The notes under the pieces are model-generated. The model was not told the origin of the DNA. It ran no database searches and saw only the letters and a list, made by a program, of their open reading frames with translations. Shown piece by piece: positions 31,739 through 40,486 of a DNA stretch of 64,000 nucleotides. The position numbers and the translations under genes were made by a program. The stretch's first letter is position 1. Each line of letters starts with the position of its first letter. Source of the stretch: Marine Group I thaumarchaeote SCGC AAA799-D11 (GTDB taxonomy: Archaea; Thermoproteota; Nitrososphaeria; Nitrososphaerales; Nitrosopumilaceae); assembly GCA_000746765.1 (NCBI GenBank), contig JOSY01000006.1, positions 21,603-85,602 on the forward strand, in the 5' to 3' direction.

Positions 31739-33196
31739 ATGTATCGTTCACGTCTTGGAAATGATTTGAGTGATATTACTTTAGATTATGTATCATCTAT
31801 TGATGATGATTCAGCAATTGCCTTTTATGATATTCTTGGGAGTCAAGCTCATGCTTTGATGTTATATCAACAAAATATCATAACAAAAAATGATGCAAAA
31901 AAAATCCTCTCTTCTTTGGAGAGTTTGAAAGATGAGACATTTGATTCATCATCTGGTGCAGAAGATATCCATGAATTAATCGAGGCATTAGTCATCAAAC
32001 GTGCTGGAATGGCAAGTGGAGGTAAAATGCATACTGCACGTTCAAGAAATGATCAAGTTGTTTTAGATATTAGAATGAAGATTAGAGATGATATTAACAT
32101 CATCTGTAATTGTCTTTTAGATACTATTGAAGCACTTGTTTCCGTGGCTAAAAACCATCAAAAAACAATCATGCCACTTTACACTCATCTTCAACAAGCT
32201 CAAGCTGGCCTATTCTCTCACTATCTTCTTGCACATGCAGATGTCTTGTCACGAGATTTCCAAAGACTCTATGGAACTTTTGAAAGAATAAACCAGAGTC
32301 CGTTGGGGGCAGGACCTGTTGGTGGAACAAGTATTCCAATTGATAGACATAGCACTGCAAAGATGTTAGGGTTTGATGCTCTAGTTGAAAACTCAATTGA
32401 TGCAACTAGTACTCGTGATTTTGTAGCAGAGTATGTTTCGATGATCTCAATTTTAATGACTAATCTAAGTAAAATTGCTGAAGACTTTGTAATTTGGTCA
32501 ACATCTGAATTTTCTTTTATTGAATTATCTGATGAATTTACATCTCCCTCAAGTGTAATGCCTCAAAAGAAAAACCCTGATATTTTAGAATTAACTCGTG
32601 GAAAAACAGCTGAAGTGATTGGTAACCTTACTGCAATTTTATCTACAATCAAAGGATTAGCTTCTGGTTATGGACGTGACTTACAACAGATAAAATCTTC
32701 GATTTGGTCAACGTCAAAAATTTCAATTAATGCTCTTTTGATTTTAAAATCAATGCTTCTTACTTTGAAAGTAAATGAAAAACAAATGAAAAAAGTAACT
32801 GAATCTAGTAATCTAATTGCTTTAGATATTGCAGAAAAATTAGTTCAAGAAGGAATTCCATTTCGTGTAACCCATAAGATTGCTGGTTCATTAGTTCAAT
32901 TAGCACACATTTCAAAAAAACCAATCTCAAAATTAACTCCATCTGACATCAAAAAATCTGTATCTGGTACCAAAGTTGATCATAAACTAGTTTCCAAAAT
33001 TATCTCTTCTACAACCGTAGTTTCGTCTCTAAAGGAGCGAAAATCTTATGGTTCTTCAGGATATGATGAACAAAAACGAATGATTTCTGATAGACTCAAA
33101 AAAATTAATGATTTTAGAACTGATCTTATTCATAGAGAAAACAAAATTAGTTCTTGTATTGAAGATTTGAATAAACAAATCAATGAAATCATTTAA
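31739..33196 (+). CDS. argH: Argininosuccinate lyase
   Basis: EDIH, HTARSRNDQV, YTHLQQAQ, SSVMPQKKNPD. Confidence 0.96.
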   Translation: MYRSRLGNDLSDITLDYVSSIDDDSAIAFYDILGSQAHALMLYQQNIITKNDAKKILSSLESLKDETFDSSSGAEDIHELIEALVIKRAGMASGGKMHTARSRNDQVVLDIRMKIRDDINIICNCLLDTIEALVSVAKNHQKTIMPLYTHLQQAQAGLFSHYLLAHADVLSRDFQRLYGTFERINQSPLGAGPVGGTSIPIDRHSTAKMLGFDALVENSIDATSTRDFVAEYVSMISILMTNLSKIAEDFVIWSTSEFSFIELSDEFTSPSSVMPQKKNPDILELTRGKTAEVIGNLTAILSTIKGLASGYGRDLQQIKSSIWSTSKISINALLILKSMLLTLKVNEKQMKKVTESSNLIALDIAEKLVQEGIPFRVTHKIAGSLVQLAHISKKPISKLTPSDIKKSVSGTKVDHKLVSKIISSTTVVSSLKERKSYGSSGYDEQKRMISDRLKKINDFRTDLIHRENKISSCIEDLNKQINEII

Positions 33197-33210
33197 TGAA
33201 AAAGAAAAGT

Positions 33211-33226
33211 AGCGGGTCTAAAGGGA
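33211..33226. repeat. Distal att site (copy of tRNA-Lys 3' end)
   Basis: Identical to 46511-46526; reverse complement TCCCTTTAGACCCGCT is tRNA positions ~60-73 plus 2 nt. Confidence 0.92.
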
Positions 33227-33244
33227 CAAATTCCCACATAGGTG

Positions 33245-33260
33245 CTCTTCTGGGACTCAA
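33245..33260. repeat. Left sub-terminal inverted repeat (partner at 46483-46498)
   Basis: ctcttctgggactcaa; reverse complement ttgagtcccagaagag matches ttgaatcccagaaaag at 14/16. Confidence 0.65.
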
Positions 33261-33534
33261 GAATACATTTTCTTGAATCATGATACCACTACGTGTTACT
33301 AGGAATTAAATTTTTCATATTTTCATCATAATTAATTTTTGCAAATAACACGTATTTTGAATTAAATAGTTAGGGTTTCCGAGCTTATTTTTTGTGCAAT
33401 CCCGATCAAAATATGAAATTTAGAGATTTGAACTTGACATCATAATACGGGAGGGCGATTTGTCAGATCACATTGACACTCCAACAGAGATTGGACATGA
33501 ACAAACAAAGATTCAGAATTTAACAATCAATCCC

Positions 33535-33774
33535 TTATTCTTGAGATTCTATTACTGTTAAAGTGAGAGTAGTTTTAATATCTGGAATTTTACGAATTTT
33601 TGAAGTAATTATATTTTTGAGATCATCAGAATTTTCTGATTCTAGTTTTACCAGTATGTCATAACTTCCCATAACTCCTATGATGTCTTTGACCAAATCC
33701 ACACTCTTTAATTTATCAATGACTGATTTTTCTAGACCCACATCACAAGCAACCAGAACATAGACTATACTCAT
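33535..33774 (-). CDS. Stand-alone Lrp/AsnC ligand-binding (RAM) domain protein
   Basis: VYVLV.C..G....V...L...V.G.YDI.VK.E....L...I...IR.I..I..T.TL; GAGGT SD upstream of ATG 33774. Confidence 0.85.
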   Translation of the reverse strand: MSIVYVLVACDVGLEKSVIDKLKSVDLVKDIIGVMGSYDILVKLESENSDDLKNIITSKIRKIPDIKTTLTLTVIESQE

Positions 33775-33789
33775 TGTAAATAACCTCAA

Positions 33790-33894
33790 TTATTTCCCAG
33801 AAACTTCATCAGCACATTTTGAAGAACAAAAATCACTCGATATATCTGAAAACTCTCTACCGCAGTGAAGACATTCCTTGATGAGTCTCATCAT
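33790..33894 (-). CDS. TRASH/YHS-like zinc-finger microprotein (34 aa)
   Basis: Manual translation MMRLIKECLHCGREFSDISSDFCSSKCADEVSGK; CxxC...FCSxxC. Confidence 0.7.
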   Translation of the reverse strand: MMRLIKECLHCGREFSDISSDFCSSKCADEVSGK

Positions 33895-33940
33895 ATCCCT
33901 ATGAATAAGATAAACATATACTTTAATCAAAAAATCATAC

Positions 33941-34066
33941 TTATTCAGGCCAATCTGCATTACATTTTTTGCAATGGCCTCTCAAACTGTTATGTTGATG
34001 CTCAAAAATCACATATGTTTCAGGAGAATCACACTTTGGACATTTGATGGTTTTTTTGGGAGGCAT
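33941..34066 (-). CDS. Zinc-ribbon microprotein (41 aa)
   Basis: MPPKKTIKCPKCDSPETYVIFEHQHNSLRGHCKKCNADWPE. Confidence 0.7.
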   Translation of the reverse strand: MPPKKTIKCPKCDSPETYVIFEHQHNSLRGHCKKCNADWPE

Positions 34067-34298
34067 GAATAATTCTAGTCTGATTTTGGATCAAAACCTG
34101 TATCCCTTACAATAAAGTGAAAAATTTTACTCAAAATAGATTTCTTTTCCAACTTTTCTTCTGACATAATTTTTGATATTCAAATTATTATTTAAATCCA
34201 AGTTATCATGGATGTTTTTCCAATAATGTCAAAAATTTAGAATTTATTTAAGATGTTAAGGATAAAAGAAATTAATGATAAACACGTTATAAGATATA

Positions 34299-34388
34299 AT
34301 GATAGAAGAAAAAAAGAAATTCTCTTGGATTCCAGGAGCAATTATCATAGGATTTCTTGTATTAGTTGCAGTGTTGTTTGTAAGATAA
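34299..34388 (+). CDS. Single-TM micropeptide (29 aa)
   Basis: MIEEKKKFSWIPGAIIIGFLVLVAVLFVR; positively charged N-terminus then a hydrophobic helix. Confidence 0.45.
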   Translation: MIEEKKKFSWIPGAIIIGFLVLVAVLFVR

Positions 34389-34391
34389 ATT

Positions 34392-34859
34392 CTAAATGTA
34401 TCTAATTATGGTCTTTTTTTCAGAGTTTAAAGTCTCAGTGACTAGTGCAAAGTTGTACAAAGGATGTCTTTGCTTGTATTCTTTCATAAAACTCCACGCC
34501 ACATCATTTGTTTTAAATTCAGTACGCAATCCATCAAGGAGTGATTCTTTGCCAAATATATCAAAGCAAATCAAACTGTAATTTTTTGTAGAGTTGCGTG
34601 GAAGTGCTTTAACTAACCAAGCAGCTGCAAACAACAATGCTACACCTACAATGACCATGACACTTGCTTCCCTAAAAAACGACAAAAAGACATGAGGAAT
34701 TGTCTGTCCAAATAATTCTACTACAAACTGAGAGAAAGACAATATTGCCATACCTGGAATTATTACAAATCCTAGGAATTTGAAACCATCAGATCTTTTC
34801 ATAATGTTATAATTGATAGATTTTATTTTTAACAGTTTCTCATCTGTATTGTAAATCAT
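34392..34859 (-). CDS. Hypothetical membrane protein
   Basis: Two TM segments; start overlaps the Sm-gene stop (ATGA coupling). Confidence 0.65.
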   Translation of the reverse strand: MIYNTDEKLLKIKSINYNIMKRSDGFKFLGFVIIPGMAILSFSQFVVELFGQTIPHVFLSFFREASVMVIVGVALLFAAAWLVKALPRNSTKNYSLICFDIFGKESLLDGLRTEFKTNDVAWSFMKEYKQRHPLYNFALVTETLNSEKKTIIRYI

Positions 34860-35083
34860 TTACTTGACAGAGAAACTGTCAATATGTTGTCCCCTCGTAA
34901 AACAACTTTGCCAAGATCTATTTTTTTATCCTTGTCTGTAACATCATCAACTTTATCCAATATCAGATTCATCTGAGGATCAAAATTTATCAAAATTCCA
35001 TTGATTGTCTTGAGATTTTTTAACTTGACTAAAATGCTTTTATTGATATGTTTGAGGAGTTCAACTGTAATTTCATCAGACAT
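34856..35083 (-). CDS. Sm/Lsm (SmAP-like) RNA-binding protein
   Basis: Sm1 motif (ILVKLKN...NG.L..FD..MNL.L) and Sm2 motif (LG.V.LRGDNI..VS). Confidence 0.92.
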   Translation of the reverse strand: MSDEITVELLKHINKSILVKLKNLKTINGILINFDPQMNLILDKVDDVTDKDKKIDLGKVVLRGDNILTVSLSSK

Positions 35084-35098
35084 TTTTTATTCACATCA

Positions 35099-35212
35099 CT
35101 AGTCTTGAAGGGATGCTTCGTTGGATTCATCAGCATCATTATCAAGTTCATCTTCTTCATGAGATGTAACTTCCATTTCCTCTAATTTCCATTGTGTGCC
35201 GTCATTTTTCAT
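35099..35212 (-). CDS. Acidic micropeptide (37 aa)
   Basis: MKNDGTQWKLEEMEVTSHEEDELDNDADESNEASLQD; fills the gap in a co-oriented cluster. Confidence 0.45.
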   Translation of the reverse strand: MKNDGTQWKLEEMEVTSHEEDELDNDADESNEASLQD

Positions 35213-35232
35213 TGTGATTCTTCCCAATTCAA

Positions 35233-35355
35233 TTAAAATTCAGAAATATTTTTGTGTATGTGATTTCCTTTCAGACAAGAGTCGCAAACAGAAGTTACTA
35301 GTAGAGTTGTTTTATCGCAATCACATTTTTCACACATACAACCAATCTCATCCAT
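35233..35355 (-). CDS. Metallothionein-like Cys-rich microprotein (40 aa)
   Basis: MDEIGCMCEKCDCDKTTLLVTSVCDSCLKGNHIHKNISEF; CxCxxCxC...CxxC...GxH. Confidence 0.65.
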   Translation of the reverse strand: MDEIGCMCEKCDCDKTTLLVTSVCDSCLKGNHIHKNISEF

Positions 35356-35417
35356 ATAACAAATGATATCTAATTGAGATGATATAATTCATCGCTGATT
35401 ATCAAGTGTGATATTGG

Positions 35418-36320
35418 CTAATTCATGATTGTTTTTAGATTCTTTGCCCTATGTCTGACTGTAACTTCTGTTACTCCTGCAGCATCTGCAATGGTTTTTT
35501 GGGTAATGTCCTTTCCCATCTTAAGACTAGCAAGGTAAAGTGCAGCAGCAGCCATTCCCATTGGATCTTTTCCTGCAAGAATTTTTTCTTGTTCTGCTTT
35601 TTTGAGAATTTTCATTGCGTACCGTTTTGTTTTTTCTGATAGTATGGCAACACTTGCAATCTTTGCAATACATGAAACTGAATCAACTACAGGCATTCTC
35701 AAATCTAATTCTTTTAGTAGCATTCTATAGCATGTTGAAAGTTCTTTTCTTCTGATATTACCTAGAGTAGATATTTCGTTTAATGTTCGTGGAATTCCTG
35801 ATTCACGACATGCAGCATAAAGTGAGGCTGCAATTAATGATGAAATAGAACGCCCCTTTACCAATTTCTTTTCTAATGCTTTTCTGTAAATGTATGCTGC
35901 TTTCTCAACTATTACATCAGATAGGGATAATTTTTCTTTCATTTTGAGTAGTTCACTTAGTGCTTGCTGAAGATTTCTGTCAACTGAATCTTTGGTACGA
36001 CTTCGACTATCCCATACCCTTAATCGTTTAAGAGATGTTTTCATTGATGCTGACAGTGGATTTCCTGACGAGTCTTTATTGATTGGACTGATTATAGTAC
36101 TAAGACCTTGATCATGTCTGGTTAGAGATGTTCTATCACCAGTACGAGATTTATTTACTGTACTATCTGAAAACATTCTTTCAGGTCTATTGTCTGAAAT
36201 TTTTTCATCAATTACTAGTCCGCATTTACCACAAAACAATTCTCCTGATTCATTATCTGTAACTAGATTATTTTTTCCACATCTAGGACACTTTTCTTTA
36301 TTTTGAAGTTGTTGGGTCAT
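35418..36320 (-). CDS. tfb: Transcription initiation factor IIB (TFB), element-borne paralog
   Basis: Zn ribbon CPRC...GELFCGKCGLV, RTG...HD.GLST, two cyclin repeats (KGRS...AASLYAACR; GKDP.G.AAAALY), VTEVTVR HTH. Confidence 0.95.
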   Translation of the reverse strand: MTQQLQNKEKCPRCGKNNLVTDNESGELFCGKCGLVIDEKISDNRPERMFSDSTVNKSRTGDRTSLTRHDQGLSTIISPINKDSSGNPLSASMKTSLKRLRVWDSRSRTKDSVDRNLQQALSELLKMKEKLSLSDVIVEKAAYIYRKALEKKLVKGRSISSLIAASLYAACRESGIPRTLNEISTLGNIRRKELSTCYRMLLKELDLRMPVVDSVSCIAKIASVAILSEKTKRYAMKILKKAEQEKILAGKDPMGMAAAALYLASLKMGKDITQKTIADAAGVTEVTVRHRAKNLKTIMN

Positions 36321-36377
36321 GATATCAATAAAAAATAGTTTTAGATAAATAAACCATCAATTTATTTTTAGAATATT

Positions 36378-36953
36378 TTAACCATATAACATCAAATCTC
36401 TTTCTTCAAGCATACTATGAAGATTATTCACTGAACGATACACATCTTTTTCAGTTTTAGCCCCTGTACAGACTAGTTTTCCTGATGCAAATAACAAAAT
36501 TACTGTTTTAGGATCAACCATTCTGTGAATTACTCCTGGGAACTGTTCAGGCTCATACATACTTCGAGGCAGTGTTCTGGCAGTTCTCTCAAGATCAATT
36601 TTTCCTCCAAGATTTATTGATGATACAATATTCTGAATTGTTACTACGGCATCTTTTTTGATCTTTATTTTCTCTTTTCTTAGTTTTTGTACTACTGTCT
36701 TTACTGCTTTTCTTGCCATCTCTTCTGATTTTGAACCAGTACAAACCATTTTTCCAGTGCTGAAAAGAAGTGTTGCAGTTTTAGGATTTCTGAGACGAAA
36801 CACTGCACCTGGGAACTGTTCAGGGTGATAGTCTACATCAGGAAATTTCTTTTGTATATCATAAAGATCTAATTTCTGGTCTATTACAGCTGATGCTACA
36901 ACATTTACGATTTCAATTATTGGTTTAGTGGTAGGCAATAATTTGGTGGACAA
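36378..36953 (-). CDS. tbp: TATA-box binding protein (TBP), element-borne paralog
   Basis: Two repeats NVVAS...Y.PEQFPG...LLF..GK.VCTG.K. Confidence 0.96.
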   Translation of the reverse strand: MSTKLLPTTKPIIEIVNVVASAVIDQKLDLYDIQKKFPDVDYHPEQFPGAVFRLRNPKTATLLFSTGKMVCTGSKSEEMARKAVKTVVQKLRKEKIKIKKDAVVTIQNIVSSINLGGKIDLERTARTLPRSMYEPEQFPGVIHRMVDPKTVILLFASGKLVCTGAKTEKDVYRSVNNLHSMLEERDLMLYG

Positions 36954-36964
36954 ATAAACCTCAT

Positions 36965-36980
36965 TTAAAGAAATTTAAAA
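36965..36980. promoter_or_regulatory. Candidate bidirectional TATA boxes between tbp and a divergent Cys/His microprotein
   Basis: TTTAAA (36965-36970) and TTTAAAA (36974-36980); the second lies ~21-27 bp from both starts (36953 and 37001). Confidence 0.5.
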
Positions 36981-37000
36981 TGGATTCTTAGATGTGATTT

Positions 37001-37096
37001 ATGGTTACTTGCGATAAATGCTATCACAAACATCATGATCAGTGTATGGGAAAAGCAGGAATGTTTGACTGTGATTGCAAGTGTTTCAAAAAATAG
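37001..37096 (+). CDS. Cys/His-rich metal-binding micropeptide (31 aa)
   Basis: MVTCDKCYHKHHDQCMGKAGMFDCDCKCFKK; 6 Cys and 3 His; TATA at about -27. Confidence 0.65.
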   Translation: MVTCDKCYHKHHDQCMGKAGMFDCDCKCFKK

Positions 37097-37107
37097 ATTT
37101 TCTAAAA

Positions 37108-37866
37108 TTATTTTATAATCTCAAACAAAATATTCTCATCAATCCATCTAATTTGCTCTAAATCATCAAAATTATTCTTGATGTTTTGTTGGAATATTTC
37201 TAGAGATTCATCAAAGGTTTCCTCATCATAGAGGGCAAAGGTGGAATAGTGATTGTTTTGAGCTTGGTGGACTAGTCTATCCAGACTAGATGTTCTAGAA
37301 TATCCAAACACTCTAGAGGAGCGAATCTTCATGTCTGCATTTTTTATATGTGATTCTAATTCATCCAACTCGTACAAACGATCCTCCATCTCTGCAAATA
37401 ACGGAAAATGCTCCCCCCAAATACTTCTAGAATTTTGATTTCGTAGCCTAGTATAGATAAAGAGATGTCCATTATCATTGAGTGATCTTAGCGATTCAGA
37501 TAAAAACTTTGGAACATCAAAATGGTGAATTGCATTAAAGGTAACAATACAATCTACTGAGTTGTTATTTAGTGGTAGTCTGTTTGCATCACCTTGTCTC
37601 GTACAGAAATTTGTAATATTTTGCTCTGCAAGATTACCCTCTAATGATTTTAGCATGTTTTCGTTGTAATCTACACAGTGAATGTAAAATGAATCATCAA
37701 AGCATCTCAAAAACTCTAGTGAATATCGTCCATCCCCACAACCAATATCTGCCATATTGATTTTGGGTTTTTCTTTTAGTCTGTTTTTTATGTGTATGAT
37801 TGGTTTTGTATCAAGTGTTCTTACACTTTGATATTTTGAGGCAATAGTTGAAAAATGGTCATGCAT
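37108..37866 (-). CDS. Class I SAM-dependent methyltransferase
   Basis: DIGCGDGRY motif I, VDYNENML, GDANRLPL..NSVD, AIHHF; start placed at ATG 37866. Confidence 0.9.
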   Translation of the reverse strand: MHDHFSTIASKYQSVRTLDTKPIIHIKNRLKEKPKINMADIGCGDGRYSLEFLRCFDDSFYIHCVDYNENMLKSLEGNLAEQNITNFCTRQGDANRLPLNNNSVDCIVTFNAIHHFDVPKFLSESLRSLNDNGHLFIYTRLRNQNSRSIWGEHFPLFAEMEDRLYELDELESHIKNADMKIRSSRVFGYSRTSSLDRLVHQAQNNHYSTFALYDEETFDESLEIFQQNIKNNFDDLEQIRWIDENILFEIIK

Positions 37867-37961
37867 ATTTTGTGAGTTTAGTTTAATTTCATTTTGTGTA
37901 CGTGACAAGATTAAACAAAGAACTAACCTCTTTATCCCTGTTTGCATTATAGTATAGTGTA

Positions 37962-38147
37962 ATGGTACTTGTATTGATTGGAATCGCAGTAGGCATTCTA
38001 ATAGTTGCAATTTTGATTATCAAAGCATCAAAAACACCGTCTCAGGATGTTTTGGGAATGAATTTGCATTGTATCAAGTGTGGTGCAAAAACTGGCGGTT
38101 CAAAGTGTCCAAAATGTGAAAAAAATACAAAGTCATTTGGTGTTTAG
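37962..38147 (+). CDS. Membrane-anchored zinc-finger microprotein
   Basis: N-terminal TM helix followed by CIKCG...CPKC. Confidence 0.75.
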   Translation: MVLVLIGIAVGILIVAILIIKASKTPSQDVLGMNLHCIKCGAKTGGSKCPKCEKNTKSFGV

Positions 38148-38236
38148 TTTTAGTTCTAAAGAACAGGTCTGATTAACAGTTCGTGTCAAATGCTTATACT
38201 GAAAATTCTTAATATACTCAGATAACTCCAAAAATC

Positions 38237-38344
38237 ATGAAATATTGCCATGATTGTTTAACTCCGATTAATAGTAATTCAAAAGAAGAGTATTGTACTA
38301 TTTGTAAAAGAGATAGAGCCATTAAAGAAAATTCTACAACTTAG
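38237..38344 (+). CDS. CxxC-CxxC microprotein (35 aa)
   Basis: MKYCHDCLTPINSNSKEEYCTICKRDRAIKENSTT. Confidence 0.6.
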   Translation: MKYCHDCLTPINSNSKEEYCTICKRDRAIKENSTT

Positions 38345-38377
38345 GATCCTCTGTAAAATATTGTGTTTTTCTAGAGA

Positions 38378-38554
38378 TTAGACGTCTTTGATGGATGATT
38401 CTACTTTGATTTTTAGTTCGTATGGAATTTCTTGTATATCATGTTCATGGCTTGCATGCTCTACTATTTTCTTCATTAATTCATCAGTGGAATCTTCTTT
38501 GGCTGACCAGGCACAATCTTTTCCTACATAAGCACATTTGAAACTCTTTGCCAT
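38378..38554 (-). CDS. DUF1059-like small metal-binding protein (58 aa)
   Basis: MAKSFKCAYVGKDCAWSAKEDSTDELMKKIVEHASHEH...; paralog of 10035-10214. Confidence 0.8.
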   Translation of the reverse strand: MAKSFKCAYVGKDCAWSAKEDSTDELMKKIVEHASHEHDIQEIPYELKIKVESSIKDV

Positions 38555-38852
38555 GATTCAAAATAACCTTTAGAGGTTTTTTATCCATGTCTGTTTATTT
38601 TATACAAACTATTACAGATTATTCATTTGAAATATCAATACTACATTGAGCCAAGTTTGTATAACATGTAGTAAAAAAATAAGAGGTAACTATGGTGGTT
38701 TTTGTTCTATTAGTTATGCTAGACAAGATAATGAGATAAGCAAATCATGTTAATCATATTCCTCTAAAATCAAGAAACTTTGAAAAACTCTATTATGACA
38801 TTTATCGATACAGTTAACTTGCGTTTAATATTTATTAATTTGAAAATCAGAT

Positions 38853-40337
38853 ATGAAAAATAAACTAGTACCGATTAGCCTTCTAGTTATTTTATTTGGT
38901 ATGGGATTTTCAAGTATATCTTATGCTCAAAGTGCTCAAACATCTGGCGGTGTTGATGTTGATGGTAAATGGTATTTGGGTGAAGGTCTCAAAAAGGGGG
39001 ATTATTTTGAGTATACCTTGTGTGAAATGAATCTTAATGCCTGCACGCCAATCAAATTGAAAATGTGGATTAAAGGAGAAAAACAAAATTTCAGCGAAAC
39101 ACTGTGGGATGCAAAAATTCTAGTCTCCGATGGAAATAAAATCATCAAAGGATCATTGGGTCTTGGCAAAACTACTCCTGAACCCATATTGTTTGATGAT
39201 GATCTTTTTGATTATGCCATGGCATTCAAATCTTCATTAGCTTGGCTATCTGCTTTTGCTACTGGAAATGAAGATGATCGAATTCATGGACCACAAGAGT
39301 TCAAAAATGCTGTTTGGGGAAAGTTAGGCCCAATAGGCGGAGGCAGTGATGCTCAATTAATTACAAACAGAGTAGAAACAATAGAATCCCCTATTGGAGT
39401 TGTTGAGTCCGTTGTTATTGGTTGGTATAGTGGCAATGATAATGAAATATGGATAGTAGATAATTTCCCCTTTCCAATCAAAGCATTAACTTATGCAGGA
39501 ATTACTGCAAACAATGCTCCAATAATGTATCAATTTGATTTGTTAGATTATAAAGAAAATGTAACAGATGATCCCTTCAAAGATATAGAAGAGACAATCC
39601 AAAGAGAAGAGTTATTGGAATGTCCTACAGAATTTTTTGATTATGAAAGTGGACGTATTTCTACAAACACATATTCCATGATGATTCAGTACAATTATTC
39701 TCCAGAAATACCTATTGAAGGTTGTAATATTGATTGGAAAATAAATTTCATTAGCAAGTATAATGATGTTGAAATTCTAGATCAAATTCATTATGATATT
39801 TGGGTTGTAGATGAGAAAGGCAATAGATTGCGTTCATTTGCTCAAGACATTGGAGAAGAAAAATTATTTAATGAATTTGGTCGGGTTCATCACCTTATCC
39901 CAATTGAGGAAAAAGCAGGAATTGCACGCTATGCCATATTTGTTTATGGTACAGGGCCAGAACAAGAAGACCCAGATGTTGACATGGGAGGATTTGCAGT
40001 TGTAGAGATTGAGATTGAGGAGAATCCATTACTTGAAAAATTAAATGATAATGTTACTGCACCATCAAAAATTCCCACTTGGATTAAGAACAATGCTGGA
40101 TGGTGGGCTGATGGTGCAATTGATGATGAGGCATTTGTTCAAGGTATTCAATTTTTAATTAAAGAGAAAATAATACAAATTCCATCTACATCTCAAGGAG
40201 TAATTTCAGAAGATAGCACAATTCCCACTTGGATTAAGAACAATGCTGGATGGTGGGCTGATGGTGCAATTGATGATGGAACGTTTGTAAACGGAATAAA
40301 ATATCTTATAGAACATGGTATAGTTCGTGTATCTTAA
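38853..40337 (+). CDS. Secreted protein with two C-terminal IPxWIKNNAGWWADG repeats (thaumarchaeal surface-protein tail)
   Basis: Signal peptide; duplicated IPTWIKNNAGWWADGAIDD..FV.GI..LI motif. Confidence 0.8.
   Translation: MKNKLVPISLLVILFGMGFSSISYAQSAQTSGGVDVDGKWYLGEGLKKGDYFEYTLCEMNLNACTPIKLKMWIKGEKQNFSETLWDAKILVSDGNKIIKGSLGLGKTTPEPILFDDDLFDYAMAFKSSLAWLSAFATGNEDDRIHGPQEFKNAVWGKLGPIGGGSDAQLITNRVETIESPIGVVESVVIGWYSGNDNEIWIVDNFPFPIKALTYAGITANNAPIMYQFDLLDYKENVTDDPFKDIEETIQREELLECPTEFFDYESGRISTNTYSMMIQYNYSPEIPIEGCNIDWKINFISKYNDVEILDQIHYDIWVVDEKGNRLRSFAQDIGEEKLFNEFGRVHHLIPIEEKAGIARYAIFVYGTGPEQEDPDVDMGGFAVVEIEIEENPLLEKLNDNVTAPSKIPTWIKNNAGWWADGAIDDEAFVQGIQFLIKEKIIQIPSTSQGVISEDSTIPTWIKNNAGWWADGAIDDGTFVNGIKYLIEHGIVRVS
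40070..40278. repeat. 59-bp identical direct repeat, 150-bp period, in frame
   Basis: aattcccacttggattaagaacaatgctggatggtgggctgatggtgcaattgatgatg at 40070-40128 and 40220-40278. Confidence 0.88.
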
Positions 40338-40486
40338 TTTGCAATTATCACAGACAAATAACCCTCAAGCAGGATTTACAAAATTAAATTAACACCATAT
40401 CCTTCCCATTTAGATATTTTATAAAATTCAACATGTTTAGATTTCAGGTATTTGTCAACCCATAATGTTATTAGATTAAAAGATCC

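Noticed and set aside
33865-34047. 60-aa plus-strand ORF in the track
   Set aside because: Overlaps two minus-strand Zn-finger microproteins that have clear CxxC motifs
40070-40278. Identical 59-bp repeat as a possible diversity-generating retroelement template/variable pair
   Set aside because: Copies are identical and in frame, with no adenine-specific mismatches and no reverse transcriptase nearby
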